From the IMG/VR virus record IMGVR_UViG_3300037325_000203: a stretch of DNA of 64,000 nucleotides; one strand, written 5' to 3'. Positions 18,651-29,033 of the stretch are shown here, in pieces. The stretch is from a virus. A program made the position numbers and the translations under genes. The notes beneath the pieces are model-generated. The model was not told the DNA's origin, did no database searches, and saw only the letters and a program-made list of their open reading frames with translations. Numbering within the stretch: position 1 is the first letter of the stretch; each line of letters starts with the position of its first letter.

Positions 18651-19593
18651 GTTTTTCGGAATTTAAATATTCATACGGGTTTTTGGAAAACCCCTTATAT
18701 ACCACACCCAGGCCTAATATTTTAGTTCTTTGATTTACAAGGTATTTAATATACCCTTCTGTACTTTCCTGCGAAATCCCAAGAATTCTGTCTCCATAAA
18801 TTTCCTTACCCCATTCTATTTCTTGCTCAGCAGCCGCCATAAGATTATCAAGTATGATTTTTCTATCATCTTCATTATTCATGTCGAATACTTCTCGAAT
18901 AATGTTTGCAAAAAAGTTTACATGGGTTACCTCATCATTCTCGATATATTTGATCATCTTTGCAACATTAGCAACTTTGTTTCTAGAGGCTAGCTGATAG
19001 AAGAACTGAAACCCATTATAGAAATAAATCCCTTCTAATGCATAATCTGCTGCAATGGCATTCTTATAGTTAGCTAACGACTTGTCGTTACTAAATTTCT
19101 GAAACTGGCCGGCAATAAACTTGTTACGCTTCAGCAGCATAGGATTATTGCGCCAGTAGTTGTAAATTTCTTCGCGCTCTGTGTTAGGAAATAATTCCTG
19201 TAATAGATACTGATACGACTGAGAGTGAATCAGTTCCTGGAATGCCTGTATAGTAAACAACGCACTTACTTCCGGAGCAGTAATATAGTCCGAAATATTA
19301 GGAAGGTTTGCTACTTGCATACTATCTAGTGCAATCAGAAATGAAAGTGTATTCTTAAATGCTTCCATTTCGTCTTTTGTAAGTTCCTTAATAGTAACTT
19401 TGTCGTCTACTAGAGAAACTTTTTCCGGTATCCAAAAATTGTTCACCATGATCTTATATAACTTGGTTGCCCATACATACTTAACACTATTCAGGTTAAG
19501 TATGCCAGTGGCCGAGCCATTGATCATTTGTCTAGCTGTCGGTGAGTCATCACCGAACTCGTTGAAAATAGTTTTATGTGTTAGTTCGTTCAT
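18577..19593 (-). CDS. nrdB: Ribonucleotide reductase class Ia beta subunit
   Basis: FWIPE, LDS, QELIHSQSY (radical Tyr), LEGIYFYNGF, DEVTH, NFFE. Confidence 0.95.
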   Translation of the reverse strand: MNELTHKTIFNEFGDDSPTARQMINGSATGILNLNSVKYVWATKLYKIMVNNFWIPEKVSLVDDKVTIKELTKDEMEAFKNTLSFLIALDSMQVANLPNISDYITAPEVSALFTIQAFQELIHSQSYQYLLQELFPNTEREEIYNYWRNNPMLLKRNKFIAGQFQKFSNDKSLANYKNAIAADYALEGIYFYNGFQFFYQLASRNKVANVAKMIKYIENDEVTHVNFFANIIREVFDMNNEDDRKIILDNLMAAAEQEIEWGKEIYGDRILGISQESTEGYIKYLVNQRTKILGLGVVYKGFSKNPYEYLNSEKRENFFETKVTEYSRSEAVDGWDNF

Positions 19594-20236
19594 GCTTTTT
19601 CTTCCCGTATATAAACCCGTCCGGCATTTCGCGTCCGGGCTTTAATTTTGTTATTATCTGACCATTTGTAATCCATTTCCCGCGATCAGGAAATGGGGCC
19701 ATTCCCTCGACCCATCCGATCGGAATTGTATCTTCTAGCCTAAAATACTTGCTTTCTTTACCATTTGTAAACCATTTTGCACCGCCCATACTAGGAGTCA
19801 AACCGCCTCGTAGAATATGATTTCTTTCTGGAAATCTACGCATTGGGTTATTATCCCCACTCATCGCTACAGAAATCTTCTTCTTTGCAGCATCCTTGTG
19901 CATTGGATTTCCTACATCTTTCATCCGAATTGAACAATTTCTAGACATTGCAATCTTAGCACGCTCGTATTGCCTGGAAGATATTCTTCTGTCATTTTTC
20001 TTATTTTCGGTAGCCATCCAGAAAAATGCATTTGATATCTTCCAGTTATTTGGATAAAGTTTATACAATAACCAATGTGCCAAATAATGTTCTTTTGCAG
20101 TTAAAGAAGTTAAATTATTTTCTGTATCAACGCCATTCATGCATCTTGGAATAATGTGATGCTTTTCAAAATAATCTAATTTTCTGCCTTTCTTACCCCT
20201 CAAACAAATTGTATCATATATCTTTTTATAGTCCAT
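19574..20236 (-). mobile_element. HNH homing endonuclease, MobE-like, between nrdA and nrdB
   Basis: EKHHIIPRC.NG...NL..LTAKEH..AH; NPM and W.TNG repeats; same position as T4 mobE. Confidence 0.88.
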
Positions 20237-20280
20237 ATTACCCCGCGCATTATAAACTATTTATCTATGTGCGGGATAAT
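20237..20280 (-). promoter_or_regulatory. RBS-sequestering hairpin with late promoter in its loop
   Basis: ATTATCCCGCACAT pairs with ATGCGCGGGGTAAT (13 of 14 pairs); GATAAATA in loop; directly before the HNH ATG. Confidence 0.8.
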
Positions 20281-20783
20281 CAGCCACTACACGCGACACA
20301 ATTTTCTTCCTCTGTTTTAATCACAGAATCAATTGTAGCATTGGCTTTAATTGTTCTAATATAGTAAATTGACTTGATTCCTTTACGATGTGCGTAATGT
20401 ATTGCATCGTATAATTGCTTTGCTGTAAAACTCTCATTACGTTGATCGAATATTAACTCCATAGAGCACCCTGTATCAATAAATTTCTGCAATTCGGAAA
20501 CGACATCGATAATTTCTGTTGCCGTATGCTTTGGAAATGTTTTACCGTATGCAATAGGATTATCTTTAAGAAATTTTGCAACAACTACAAGTTTACCATT
20601 CTTGTTATCTTCTGAAAAGAAGGAATCATAAACAGGTAAGATACTTGCACTAGAGTCCATATAGATCGAAGTACTTGTATTATGACTTACTATGCCATTT
20701 CCCATAAAATACGCATGAGAAGATGGAACTTCAAAATCTGCTGTCGGAATAGTCATTCCTTTTTCTATTTTTTTAATTTTCAT
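20280..20783 (-). CDS. nrdA: Split intein C-half (35 aa) + NrdA C-terminal extein
   Basis: MKIKKIEK...DFEVPSSHAYFMGNGIVSHN|TSTS; extein has QKFID..S, SIYY and terminal CVAC. Confidence 0.93.
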   Translation of the reverse strand: MKIKKIEKGMTIPTADFEVPSSHAYFMGNGIVSHNTSTSIYMDSSASILPVYDSFFSEDNKNGKLVVVAKFLKDNPIAYGKTFPKHTATEIIDVVSELQKFIDTGCSMELIFDQRNESFTAKQLYDAIHYAHRKGIKSIYYIRTIKANATIDSVIKTEEENCVACSG

Positions 20784-22023
20784 TTATAAAATTCCCCAGT
20801 TTATTAAATATGTATTGTTCTTGCATGGGTAAACTAAGCACTTCCCACACATGAATTATGTCGAATCCGTTCTTTACTGCTATGTCACGTTTTAGCTCAT
20901 CGTTATTATATTGTTCATCGGCCGATTTACCAAAGGGTGTTCTCCATGTTGTCCATTCTGCGTCAGATAATCCGAGCTTGTACGGGTGCCAAACTTTTCC
21001 GTTATATTCTACAATTAATTTCATAGACGGTATGCAAAAATCATACAACTTCGGTAATTTAGATTTATCATTGTATAACATTAATTCCTCGCTATCACCT
21101 ACACCCCATTTTATATCATTTCTATTAATGCCATGCCTTCTTAGGTATTTGTATATAGGTAATAAAAATTTAAATGCTGCTTTGGACGATTTATGCCGTT
21201 TTGTTCTATTAAATCCTGCTCTTGCAAATATTATTTCTCTTGCTCTCTCAATTCCGTGTGTTTTAGCCAACGATTCAAATTTACCACTCTCAGATCGTTT
21301 TAAATTAATATTATTATATTCGTCTAACGTATTATTGAATACATGACCGGCGCGTGATGAGGAAAATGAATTTCTATCATTCTTACTGTTGTATAACTTC
21401 GTGCCTTGTTCTTTACCGAATTTTTCTACATAGTATTCCAGTGTATTACTATAAGATACCCTATCACAAAACTGTTTATATTTTACCGGGCCATCACTTA
21501 CACCGTACCTTCTTGTGAATGACGGCAGATTGCCCGCAGTTTCAGTCTTAATCTTTGCTATCTTTTCTACAGCAGTCTCTACTGAATACCCCAAATTAAT
21601 CCATGTACTTATGTCATACGAATTAGGTGGTTTATTTTTGCACTTTGCCTGCGCAATCGGCGCATCCTCGTCAAAGTAATCATTGAAGAATAATGATGTA
21701 TTACATTCGTGGTTGCCTTGTCGTTTAAAGAATAAAGCATTAACCCATGCACGAGATATGCGCAATGTATTCATGCCATATTTAATATATATTTTAAAAA
21801 TAGTTGCAAGGTTGTATGATGTGTATTCATTGTGATATAAACCCATGAATAAATCTCGGGCTTGAGATTCTATGTAAGTAGACAGTATTATACCACGTGC
21901 ATTTAAATATCCACTCAGAGATTCTAATTTTTCAAAAGAAAAATTAGAATCTCTCCTGACACATTTTAAAAAATTAGACCCCGAAATTTTATATATCTTA
22001 TTATCGTATTTTACAACTGACAT
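20773..22023 (-). mobile_element. Free-standing Vsr/DUF559-like endonuclease between the nrdA halves
   Basis: RYG..G repeats; LYDFCIP...IVEYNGKVWH...K...A..NGF....VWE. Confidence 0.8.
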
Positions 22024-22042
22024 GCCCGGCTTCCAATACTTG

Positions 22043-24214
22043 TCAGTTATTTATCATATTTATGTCGACTATTTCCATCTCTTCCGTCATATTTTCCACT
22101 TTAATCCATTGGTTGCCGTCATTTGTTTTAACCAATAGCATATGATTGGGTGTGAATGAATATGTAATCCCGTCCTCGAATGTAATATCTGTGGTCTCTT
22201 GTATTCCGTTCCACCAAATTCTTTCAACAAATTCAGTGTCGCCTTTCGGTGTGTTAACTTCGACAGGTAATTTTAATTCTATCCAATGCTGTGGCAACTC
22301 TATCAACTCGTGTATCTTCAAACCATCATTCTCTAATATCTGTCTAATGGTTGTTAGTCCAGCAATAGTCATTACCTTGTCGTCTAACGAATGGCAATTT
22401 GGAGCAGGGCTTGTTAATTGACTATTACGCATACCATGTACATCTATCTCGGACTGTAATGCTTTCCAGTCATACTTACCGGAAGCATGTTCTGCAAACT
22501 GGCTAATTCGATTTCCGTTTTTCCACTCAGAAGATTCGAACGCACCAAACGACCCGAATCTCTTAGATAACTCTATACTGGATAACACTGCATGATATTC
22601 CACGCACTCTGCAATTTGCCTAATATAGTCTAGGTCTCTGAAATTCATGTACTCCCTGGCAAGGTGGTCGTGCAAACCTTGCAAGCCAATGCCAATTGTT
22701 CTATATCTGTTGTTATGAGCGTGAGTTACAAGATCAGGTGCGCTAGTCAGGCTGATGCCATAATCCAATATACGTGTTGTTAATTCAGAAACTTTACCTA
22801 ATTCTTTAAAATCTTTAATGTTGCCTAATACAATAGAAGCTAGATTACAAACATGGCCTAACTCGTCCGGTTTAACATTAGAAAAGGACTCTGTGCATAA
22901 ATTTACACAAGGAATACCGATGTGACCGTTAGTATCTCCCTTATTCGGATTATACTCGTTGATGGTGTCAGTGAATGCAATGTATGGTAGACCAGTTTCG
23001 AACTGTATACGCATTATAATTTTCATCAGATCACGGGCATTATCGAATTTTCGAGTTACGATTAGTTTACCTTCCTTGGCAGCTGATTCAATTTTAAGGT
23101 ATGCTTCTGTAAATGCAGAACCATACATTCCGCGAACATCAATACCTAATTTTTTCTTAACCTCATACGGGCAAAAGGTATGCCATTCTCCCCTGTTAAG
23201 ATCTCTTTCCATGAAAATGTCTGGAATTGTAACCTGGGGAAACACGTCGTATGCCTTCATTCTCGGGTCACCGTGTTCTGTTTGCATATCCAAGAAGTCA
23301 AGCACATCATTATGCCAGATAGGAAGTGCTATAGTTCCTGCACCAGCCCGCTTACCACCCTGATTAACTGCAACTAACGTATCATTGAGAATTTTGACCC
23401 ACTGAACAACTGTTCCTGCTGCATTCTGATAACCATTTACATCTGCGCCCTTGGCTCGGAGATATCCTAGGAATAAACCTATGCCGCCCCCGTTCTTAGA
23501 AATTAATGCAACACGCTTGATATTATCAAAAATACTGTCTATATCGTCTTCTATAGCAATAATAAAACAAGATGCAACGTTTCCTCCCTTTCTAAGATTA
23601 GATAGGAAAGGTGTTGCTAAAGAAATCTTACGCAGAGAAAGCGCATTATATACTTCCTTTACGAATTTTAACCTAGTCTCTACTGGTTCTAATTGACCGA
23701 ATCGCATTGCATTGACCATATGCATATGTTGATTTAGTTCATGCTTACCTAAATATTTTTTCTTTGCAGTAATGAGACTTGCATAACTATGATCCAAGTC
23801 TCGATTCATTTTAATCGACGAACTTAGCTCCTCTATATCTACGTCTGTATAGAACTCTAAAAGTTCCGATGAGTAATGTCTATTCTTAACATTATAATGA
23901 ACCACTTCTTTAAAGGACTTTCCGCGAAGTGTAAAGTTTGCCCATTCATCCATCGCTAGTGCGCGGCCAGCGACATTCACCCAGTCCGGTGCCGAAGGCG
24001 AAGCAAGCTGTATTGCGTGCTGAATTACATTCAGTTGAATATCACGCGTCTTTATACCTGGCTTTAGAAACTGATCAAACTTGGATTCAAGTTCTAAAGG
24101 ATTAACATCCTGTCCTTCTGCTGCCATTTGTATAGATTTCTTAATCTTAGAAACATCATAAGGCTCTTTCGTACCGTCACGTTTCTCTACCATTATTTCT
24201 CTAACTGTTGCCAT
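22043..24214 (-). CDS. nrdA: NrdA N-terminal extein + split intein N-half (117 aa)
   Basis: ATP-cone VEKRDG, SCF, NLCTE, CNL; ...SPAPN|CHSLDDKV...FTPNH (block B) then stop. Confidence 0.95.
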   Translation of the reverse strand: MATVREIMVEKRDGTKEPYDVSKIKKSIQMAAEGQDVNPLELESKFDQFLKPGIKTRDIQLNVIQHAIQLASPSAPDWVNVAGRALAMDEWANFTLRGKSFKEVVHYNVKNRHYSSELLEFYTDVDIEELSSSIKMNRDLDHSYASLITAKKKYLGKHELNQHMHMVNAMRFGQLEPVETRLKFVKEVYNALSLRKISLATPFLSNLRKGGNVASCFIIAIEDDIDSIFDNIKRVALISKNGGGIGLFLGYLRAKGADVNGYQNAAGTVVQWVKILNDTLVAVNQGGKRAGAGTIALPIWHNDVLDFLDMQTEHGDPRMKAYDVFPQVTIPDIFMERDLNRGEWHTFCPYEVKKKLGIDVRGMYGSAFTEAYLKIESAAKEGKLIVTRKFDNARDLMKIIMRIQFETGLPYIAFTDTINEYNPNKGDTNGHIGIPCVNLCTESFSNVKPDELGHVCNLASIVLGNIKDFKELGKVSELTTRILDYGISLTSAPDLVTHAHNNRYRTIGIGLQGLHDHLAREYMNFRDLDYIRQIAECVEYHAVLSSIELSKRFGSFGAFESSEWKNGNRISQFAEHASGKYDWKALQSEIDVHGMRNSQLTSPAPNCHSLDDKVMTIAGLTTIRQILENDGLKIHELIELPQHWIELKLPVEVNTPKGDTEFVERIWWNGIQETTDITFEDGITYSFTPNHMLLVKTNDGNQWIKVENMTEEMEIVDINMINN

Positions 24215-24227
24215 GTACCTGTTCTCT

Positions 24228-24665
24228 CTATGTTATTACTTTTATTTCATTCCTCGAAAATCTTCTTAGAATCTCGACACTACCTTGTATCTCCGGGTAC
24301 ATATTTACCTTGCCTAATTCGTAATTCAAAATATATCGATTACCAATGATGGGCAAAAGAAATATCCCATCTACGTCTTGTACCAAAATCAAGTCAATAT
24401 CGACATATTCCGTTGACATAGCTATGGTATAGAACATGAGTATGCTTATGGAACTTGTGCAGAATAATCCGTGATGCAGGATCTCCCAAGGAGTGGGCCA
24501 GTCTTTTGGACTATAGTAATCGACGGATCTAGAACCGAATGGTATATGGGCGCAAAATTTGGCAACTTCTTCTAGCTGTTCTTGTTGCTCCATAGCCTGT
24601 ATAGATATTCTAAGCTTTTTCCAAAGATTAAGACGCTCGGCGTCGGGTATAGATGCCCAAATCAT
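24228..24665 (-). CDS. Conserved hypothetical protein
   Basis: WPTPWEIL..G.FC motif; directly upstream of nrdA. Confidence 0.7.
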   Translation of the reverse strand: MIWASIPDAERLNLWKKLRISIQAMEQQEQLEEVAKFCAHIPFGSRSVDYYSPKDWPTPWEILHHGLFCTSSISILMFYTIAMSTEYVDIDLILVQDVDGIFLLPIIGNRYILNYELGKVNMYPEIQGSVEILRRFSRNEIKVIT

Positions 24666-24725
24666 TCTGTTTTAATTTTGTTAGAGTAGGTAGGAAAGTA
24701 TGTCATGTATTTGTATGTGATGTAT

Positions 24726-25391
24726 TTAGTCGAAACCGAACCTGTCATAATATGAGTATAGTCTGTTTGCCCACATTGTTTCGAACCTCCTGAACTCGCT
24801 GCCTTCGATTACAAACTCTTGATACTTTGCATCGCGAGTAGCAATCATTACAACACCCTTAGCTATATTGGTTCCATACATTTCATTATGCGACATGGCA
24901 TATGCTGTTAACTGCATGAAATAATCATCAATCCATTCTTTTTTCTTATCTCTGAGGCTGTTCTTAAAGTCAATTACGGCAGGAATGTTATTATGAAGAC
25001 CTGTTACATCGGTGGTACCTGCATAGAGTCCAGTGGAGTATAGCGCAACTTCTGACCCCCATATTTCATTCACATTACGCATACCATTTTTGATAATCAC
25101 ATTTGCCAGCGCCTTGGACATAAGTGTCCCTGTCATGGGCACACCCGTAATGTAATTTTCCAGATTTTTATGCATCCCGTTTCCTAGGTTGCTTGCAGTG
25201 GTTTTTATTTTTTCTGCTTCCACTTCGCCCACTCGTTCTACCCACGCTTTTAGGTGAGTTAAATCTTTCATCTTACTAAGTATGGTTGTGACGCTGGGAA
25301 GTGCCCGATCTTCACCTACTATATAGCGTCTTCCGTTTGGACTATTAATTCTGTTTAATGGTTTGTAATCGTATTTTTGTTGTATGAGCAT
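24726..25391 (-). CDS. PD-(D/E)XK exonuclease (Cas4/RecB-like phage exonuclease)
   Basis: LPSVTTIL, G..MH, YAGTTD, IDFK, YFMQL.AY. Confidence 0.88.
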   Translation of the reverse strand: MLIQQKYDYKPLNRINSPNGRRYIVGEDRALPSVTTILSKMKDLTHLKAWVERVGEVEAEKIKTTASNLGNGMHKNLENYITGVPMTGTLMSKALANVIIKNGMRNVNEIWGSEVALYSTGLYAGTTDVTGLHNNIPAVIDFKNSLRDKKKEWIDDYFMQLTAYAMSHNEMYGTNIAKGVVMIATRDAKYQEFVIEGSEFRRFETMWANRLYSYYDRFGFD

Positions 25392-25397
25392 TGGCTA

Positions 25398-25426
25398 AGT
25401 ATAACAGAAAGAGTATCCATAGTCAA
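25398..25426 (-). promoter_or_regulatory. sigma70 promoter with extended -10, probably leaderless
   Basis: TTGACT-N17-TATACT with TGn, 6 nt before ATG 25391. Confidence 0.75.
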
Positions 25427-25430
25427 AATC

Positions 25431-26855
25431 TTACCAGCAAATTTTCCACTGAATAGTATTGTTAGTAGCGGGATTAGTCTGGATAATAACAGAATACCCG
25501 AGACGCTTAAAATATGAAACTACCTGGTTTATTTGCAACTGTATTGGTTTATTTGTCACAGTGCCTGCCCATGTTTGCCAATATGCAGACGGCGTCGTTC
25601 CCCGCGTATTTTCTGCAACTCGAATGGCTACATGCGCTGGATTAATCGGAGGATTGGGGAGTTCTGCTGTCGGTGGGTTAAATACCGTTCCAATCGCACC
25701 CTGCGTGTATCCAGTGCCGGGTGTTAAGAGTGTGATAGATGAAACAGAATTACCACTTAGTACGACTCGAGTAGTGGCACCAATACCAGGATCGGATATT
25801 ACTAAGTAAGGAGGGTACACAGCATATCCTGCGCCGGTGTTAGATACGATTACTCCGGATATGGAGCCGTTCGTGTTAGTTATTACAGTCCCCATAAACC
25901 CGGTTCCAAGAGGATAGTTTAGTAGTGGTGTAAGTGATGACGTAATTCTGACTTCAGTAACGCTGGGCTGATAACCAGTCCCTGGATTAATAATAGCTAT
26001 TGCTAAAATTTCTCCGATCATACTAACAGACGTTATGGTGAATATTGCGGTTGTATATGCAGAATTTGGCGACACTGCTCTGGTTGCGGTCACAGTGTCG
26101 GCTAGTGTATAACCGGTTCCGCCGTTAGGTATGCTGATACCCGCAATCTGCCCAGATGCATTAACTAACGGAATCAACAGGGATCCAGTACCTGTTGATG
26201 ACGATGCAGTCATTGTGGCTGCAACCGGAGTATATCCTAGCCCAGCATTTGTAACATTAATACTAATAATGTTCCCGCCGTTTGTAGTAACGACCCCTGT
26301 AGCAACAGCAGAAGGTGTTACACCTATGGCAGGCACAAATTCTAAAGAAGGAACATCTTGAAAATACTCAGAACCGCCGCCGAATTGTACGCCAGAGGCA
26401 TACGAGTATATAGCTACTTCGTCGAGTACACTTAGTGGATTTGCAAATGTGATTTGATTTGACCCAGTCACTGTATATAATAATCCTTCTACTTGCATTA
26501 GCCCATTAACAAAGACAACCAAATATGAAATATTGCTAGAGATCGGTACTGTAGAAATTATTGTATTAAATACTGTCTGAGCAGCAACGGCAATGATTAG
26601 TTGATATGTAGGCGCTGCACCCGGTGTTGCATTGCCTATATCGATACCTAGTATGCCGTCCACAAATGTCATCGGTGTTGTTCCACCAACTGTGGTACAC
26701 ATTTGGCCACCGGGTACAGAGCACAAACTAGATGCCGACAGTATGGCCTGCTGGATCATGCAGATCTCTTCCCATACAACTGGGAGATTTGTAGCCAACT
26801 GCTCCATCTGAGCAGCAGTGGGGAATCCGTACCCCGGGGAGCAGCAATCAGCCAT
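25431..26855 (-). CDS. Virion structural protein with Gly/Thr-rich beta repeats
   Basis: Repeated I.(I/V).N.G.GY units; VFVNGL.Q..Y motif. Confidence 0.7.
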   Translation of the reverse strand: MADCCSPGYGFPTAAQMEQLATNLPVVWEEICMIQQAILSASSLCSVPGGQMCTTVGGTTPMTFVDGILGIDIGNATPGAAPTYQLIIAVAAQTVFNTIISTVPISSNISYLVVFVNGLMQVEGLLYTVTGSNQITFANPLSVLDEVAIYSYASGVQFGGGSEYFQDVPSLEFVPAIGVTPSAVATGVVTTNGGNIISINVTNAGLGYTPVAATMTASSSTGTGSLLIPLVNASGQIAGISIPNGGTGYTLADTVTATRAVSPNSAYTTAIFTITSVSMIGEILAIAIINPGTGYQPSVTEVRITSSLTPLLNYPLGTGFMGTVITNTNGSISGVIVSNTGAGYAVYPPYLVISDPGIGATTRVVLSGNSVSSITLLTPGTGYTQGAIGTVFNPPTAELPNPPINPAHVAIRVAENTRGTTPSAYWQTWAGTVTNKPIQLQINQVVSYFKRLGYSVIIQTNPATNNTIQWKICW

Positions 26856-26859
26856 TTTT

Positions 26860-27183
26860 TTATCCTATTTTTGTAGCCTTCTGTGCCATATCAGTTACCT
26901 GAGCAGCACTGTCCTGGGTTTGTTGACTTTGGTCTGCACCGGCGACCGACGGCGATGCAAGCTCAACAGTATCTGGAGTAACATTCATAACCATTGGGTT
27001 CGAAGTAAGCATGGGAATTACACTCTGTATACTTACGGAATATCCGGAGCTATAAAGTTGATTTACCAAATCTACAGTGTTGATGCTTGTAGATCCATTT
27101 GCTTTTGCTGCTACGAGAAGATTATTCAAATCTGACTGTAAACTAGCATTGTAATCTTCCCCTAATATTTCTCGTGCTCTCAT
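26860..27183 (-). CDS. Hypothetical late protein
   Basis: MRAREILGE N-terminus; ATGA overlap. Confidence 0.65.
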   Translation of the reverse strand: MRAREILGEDYNASLQSDLNNLLVAAKANGSTSINTVDLVNQLYSSGYSVSIQSVIPMLTSNPMVMNVTPDTVELASPSVAGADQSQQTQDSAAQVTDMAQKATKIG

Positions 27184-28538
27184 TTGCCCGAACTGATATT
27201 AGATTTCATTCTCGAGGCCCCGCCTGCGTTCCTAATTATTATTGCGTCATCCGACATTTCTTTTAGTGATCTGGCTTTGTCAACCAGTCGCTTCATTTCT
27301 GTGATCTTTGCCTGCAATGCGGATTCTTTCATAGCACGGCCGAGTGGTTCTTCCCCAGCGGCACCGCCAAATTCGTCATCCGATGCCATGTCCAGATCGC
27401 CTTCGATATTATCCAAGTCAGCATCCATCGAAACATCGTCCATCCCGCCATCCATCCCGCCATCCATCCCATCGTCAACCGGCAGATCCATGTCTGTTGG
27501 TGCACTGAATTGTCCGGTTGTTGCCATATTAGTAACTGCATCATCGACTTGCCCTTTCGCTGTGTACAACGAATCCATAACGTTCTGAAGTGCTCCGTAG
27601 ATTTGTGTTTGGAATGCTGATGCCGATCGCATTCCGTATGTTTCTCTCATTTGATCGGTCACAGGGGGTAGATCCTCGTTTTGTAGACGACCAATTTTTT
27701 CTACCATCTCTTGCAACTCCCGAGCAAAACCCTTTGCTGCCATCATTACTTCGGCTTGACTAACCTCGGTCTCCAGGAGACGACGTAGGTTTTTTACTAA
27801 GTTGACTTGTTCTTTCATTTTTTTTCCTTCGTTTTGTGGAATCATGCCCTGTGTGCGCTTTATTTTTTGAAGTTCAAAAGGATCTGGGACATATCTGCCT
27901 TGTGCGTTCTTTACCATCGATACAGTTTCGCCTGTACTCAGAGTGTCTTTTCCAGTTTTACGCATGCGCTCCTGATCGGCCATGTCGCTGTGCCATTCGT
28001 ACTCGTCTCCGGATTTTTCTTCTAATCCTGCCATCGGCGCTGGCGCCTGCGGGACAACTGGGTCATTCTGCATACCATCAGGCTGGAGTTTTGCCATGGC
28101 GTACTGCCTAACTTGCTGTTCTACCATATCGTCGGGGAAACGATACTGACTCGATCGGTATTCCTCCATGGCGCGGGCCATCGAATGTTCAAAGTCTGAC
28201 TGGTTGCATCCACTAATCTCGAAAGTATGAATCACATATTCAGCTAGGCCATTGATTACAACATCAAATTTCGGGGATTGAAAATGTGTCATGGCAAATT
28301 CGCGTAATGTCTTTAGTCCTTCCAATACTAATAGACGCTTAGAGATTTCAGGGGATGCTTCAGAGTTATCTCCCTTAATCTTAAGATTAATAATTTCTCC
28401 CTCTAGTTGTTCCATAATTAAAACTAAATCTTTATCGCTAGCATTTTCGGAAATTTTAAATCCGTAATTTGCTTCTAGATGCTGATTTATCTTTCTTAAT
28501 GTAGTATTTGGCGTTTTACCGATGTCGTTTAAAAGCAT
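27180..28538 (-). CDS. Acidic coiled-coil head/scaffold-like protein
   Basis: Late promoter at 28569; LxE sites; acidic GMDG repeats. Confidence 0.6.
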   Translation of the reverse strand: MLLNDIGKTPNTTLRKINQHLEANYGFKISENASDKDLVLIMEQLEGEIINLKIKGDNSEASPEISKRLLVLEGLKTLREFAMTHFQSPKFDVVINGLAEYVIHTFEISGCNQSDFEHSMARAMEEYRSSQYRFPDDMVEQQVRQYAMAKLQPDGMQNDPVVPQAPAPMAGLEEKSGDEYEWHSDMADQERMRKTGKDTLSTGETVSMVKNAQGRYVPDPFELQKIKRTQGMIPQNEGKKMKEQVNLVKNLRRLLETEVSQAEVMMAAKGFARELQEMVEKIGRLQNEDLPPVTDQMRETYGMRSASAFQTQIYGALQNVMDSLYTAKGQVDDAVTNMATTGQFSAPTDMDLPVDDGMDGGMDGGMDDVSMDADLDNIEGDLDMASDDEFGGAAGEEPLGRAMKESALQAKITEMKRLVDKARSLKEMSDDAIIIRNAGGASRMKSNISSGK

Positions 28539-28586
28539 ATACCCTTTCCTGTTAAGTTTTATTTCTACTATTTATCTTTACAGAGC

Positions 28587-29033
28587 CTATTTTAGTCTCT
28601 TGTAAACCGAGATGCCGTCCCGTACAGACTTAGCAGAAGTTTCTGCTAATCTAAATCTATCTTCCAATATAGAAAATTTCTCTGTGTCTTTGTTGCGCCG
28701 AGCACCTTTCATGGCGTGTAAATAAAATACCATATCAGTATGGTACTTGGAAAATCTTTCTTCTAAATATAATATTTTCTTTATGTCAGAATAATGACCG
28801 CGATTGTGATTTTGAGCTACAGTAATTGCAACATCAAACACAGCTATATTTTCATATAACTTTTGTTTACCGAAAGACATTATATCAAACAATCCCTTGT
28901 CATTTTTCCTCACAGACAAGTTTCCCACAATCACAGATTTCTTAGTTATTGCTAATGGCATGCACTCCCGGATGGCAACAGTTACCGCCTTATCAGTGGC
29001 CCTATCTAATTTATCGAGGAGTTCAGATTTCAT
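28587..29033 (-). CDS. Hypothetical protein
   Basis: 148-aa ORF in the late operon. Confidence 0.65.
   Translation of the reverse strand: MKSELLDKLDRATDKAVTVAIRECMPLAITKKSVIVGNLSVRKNDKGLFDIMSFGKQKLYENIAVFDVAITVAQNHNRGHYSDIKKILYLEERFSKYHTDMVFYLHAMKGARRNKDTEKFSILEDRFRLAETSAKSVRDGISVYKRLK

Noticed and set aside
24726-25391. Cas4 implying a CRISPR system
   Set aside because: No Fe-S cysteine set, no other cas genes and no repeat-spacer array seen
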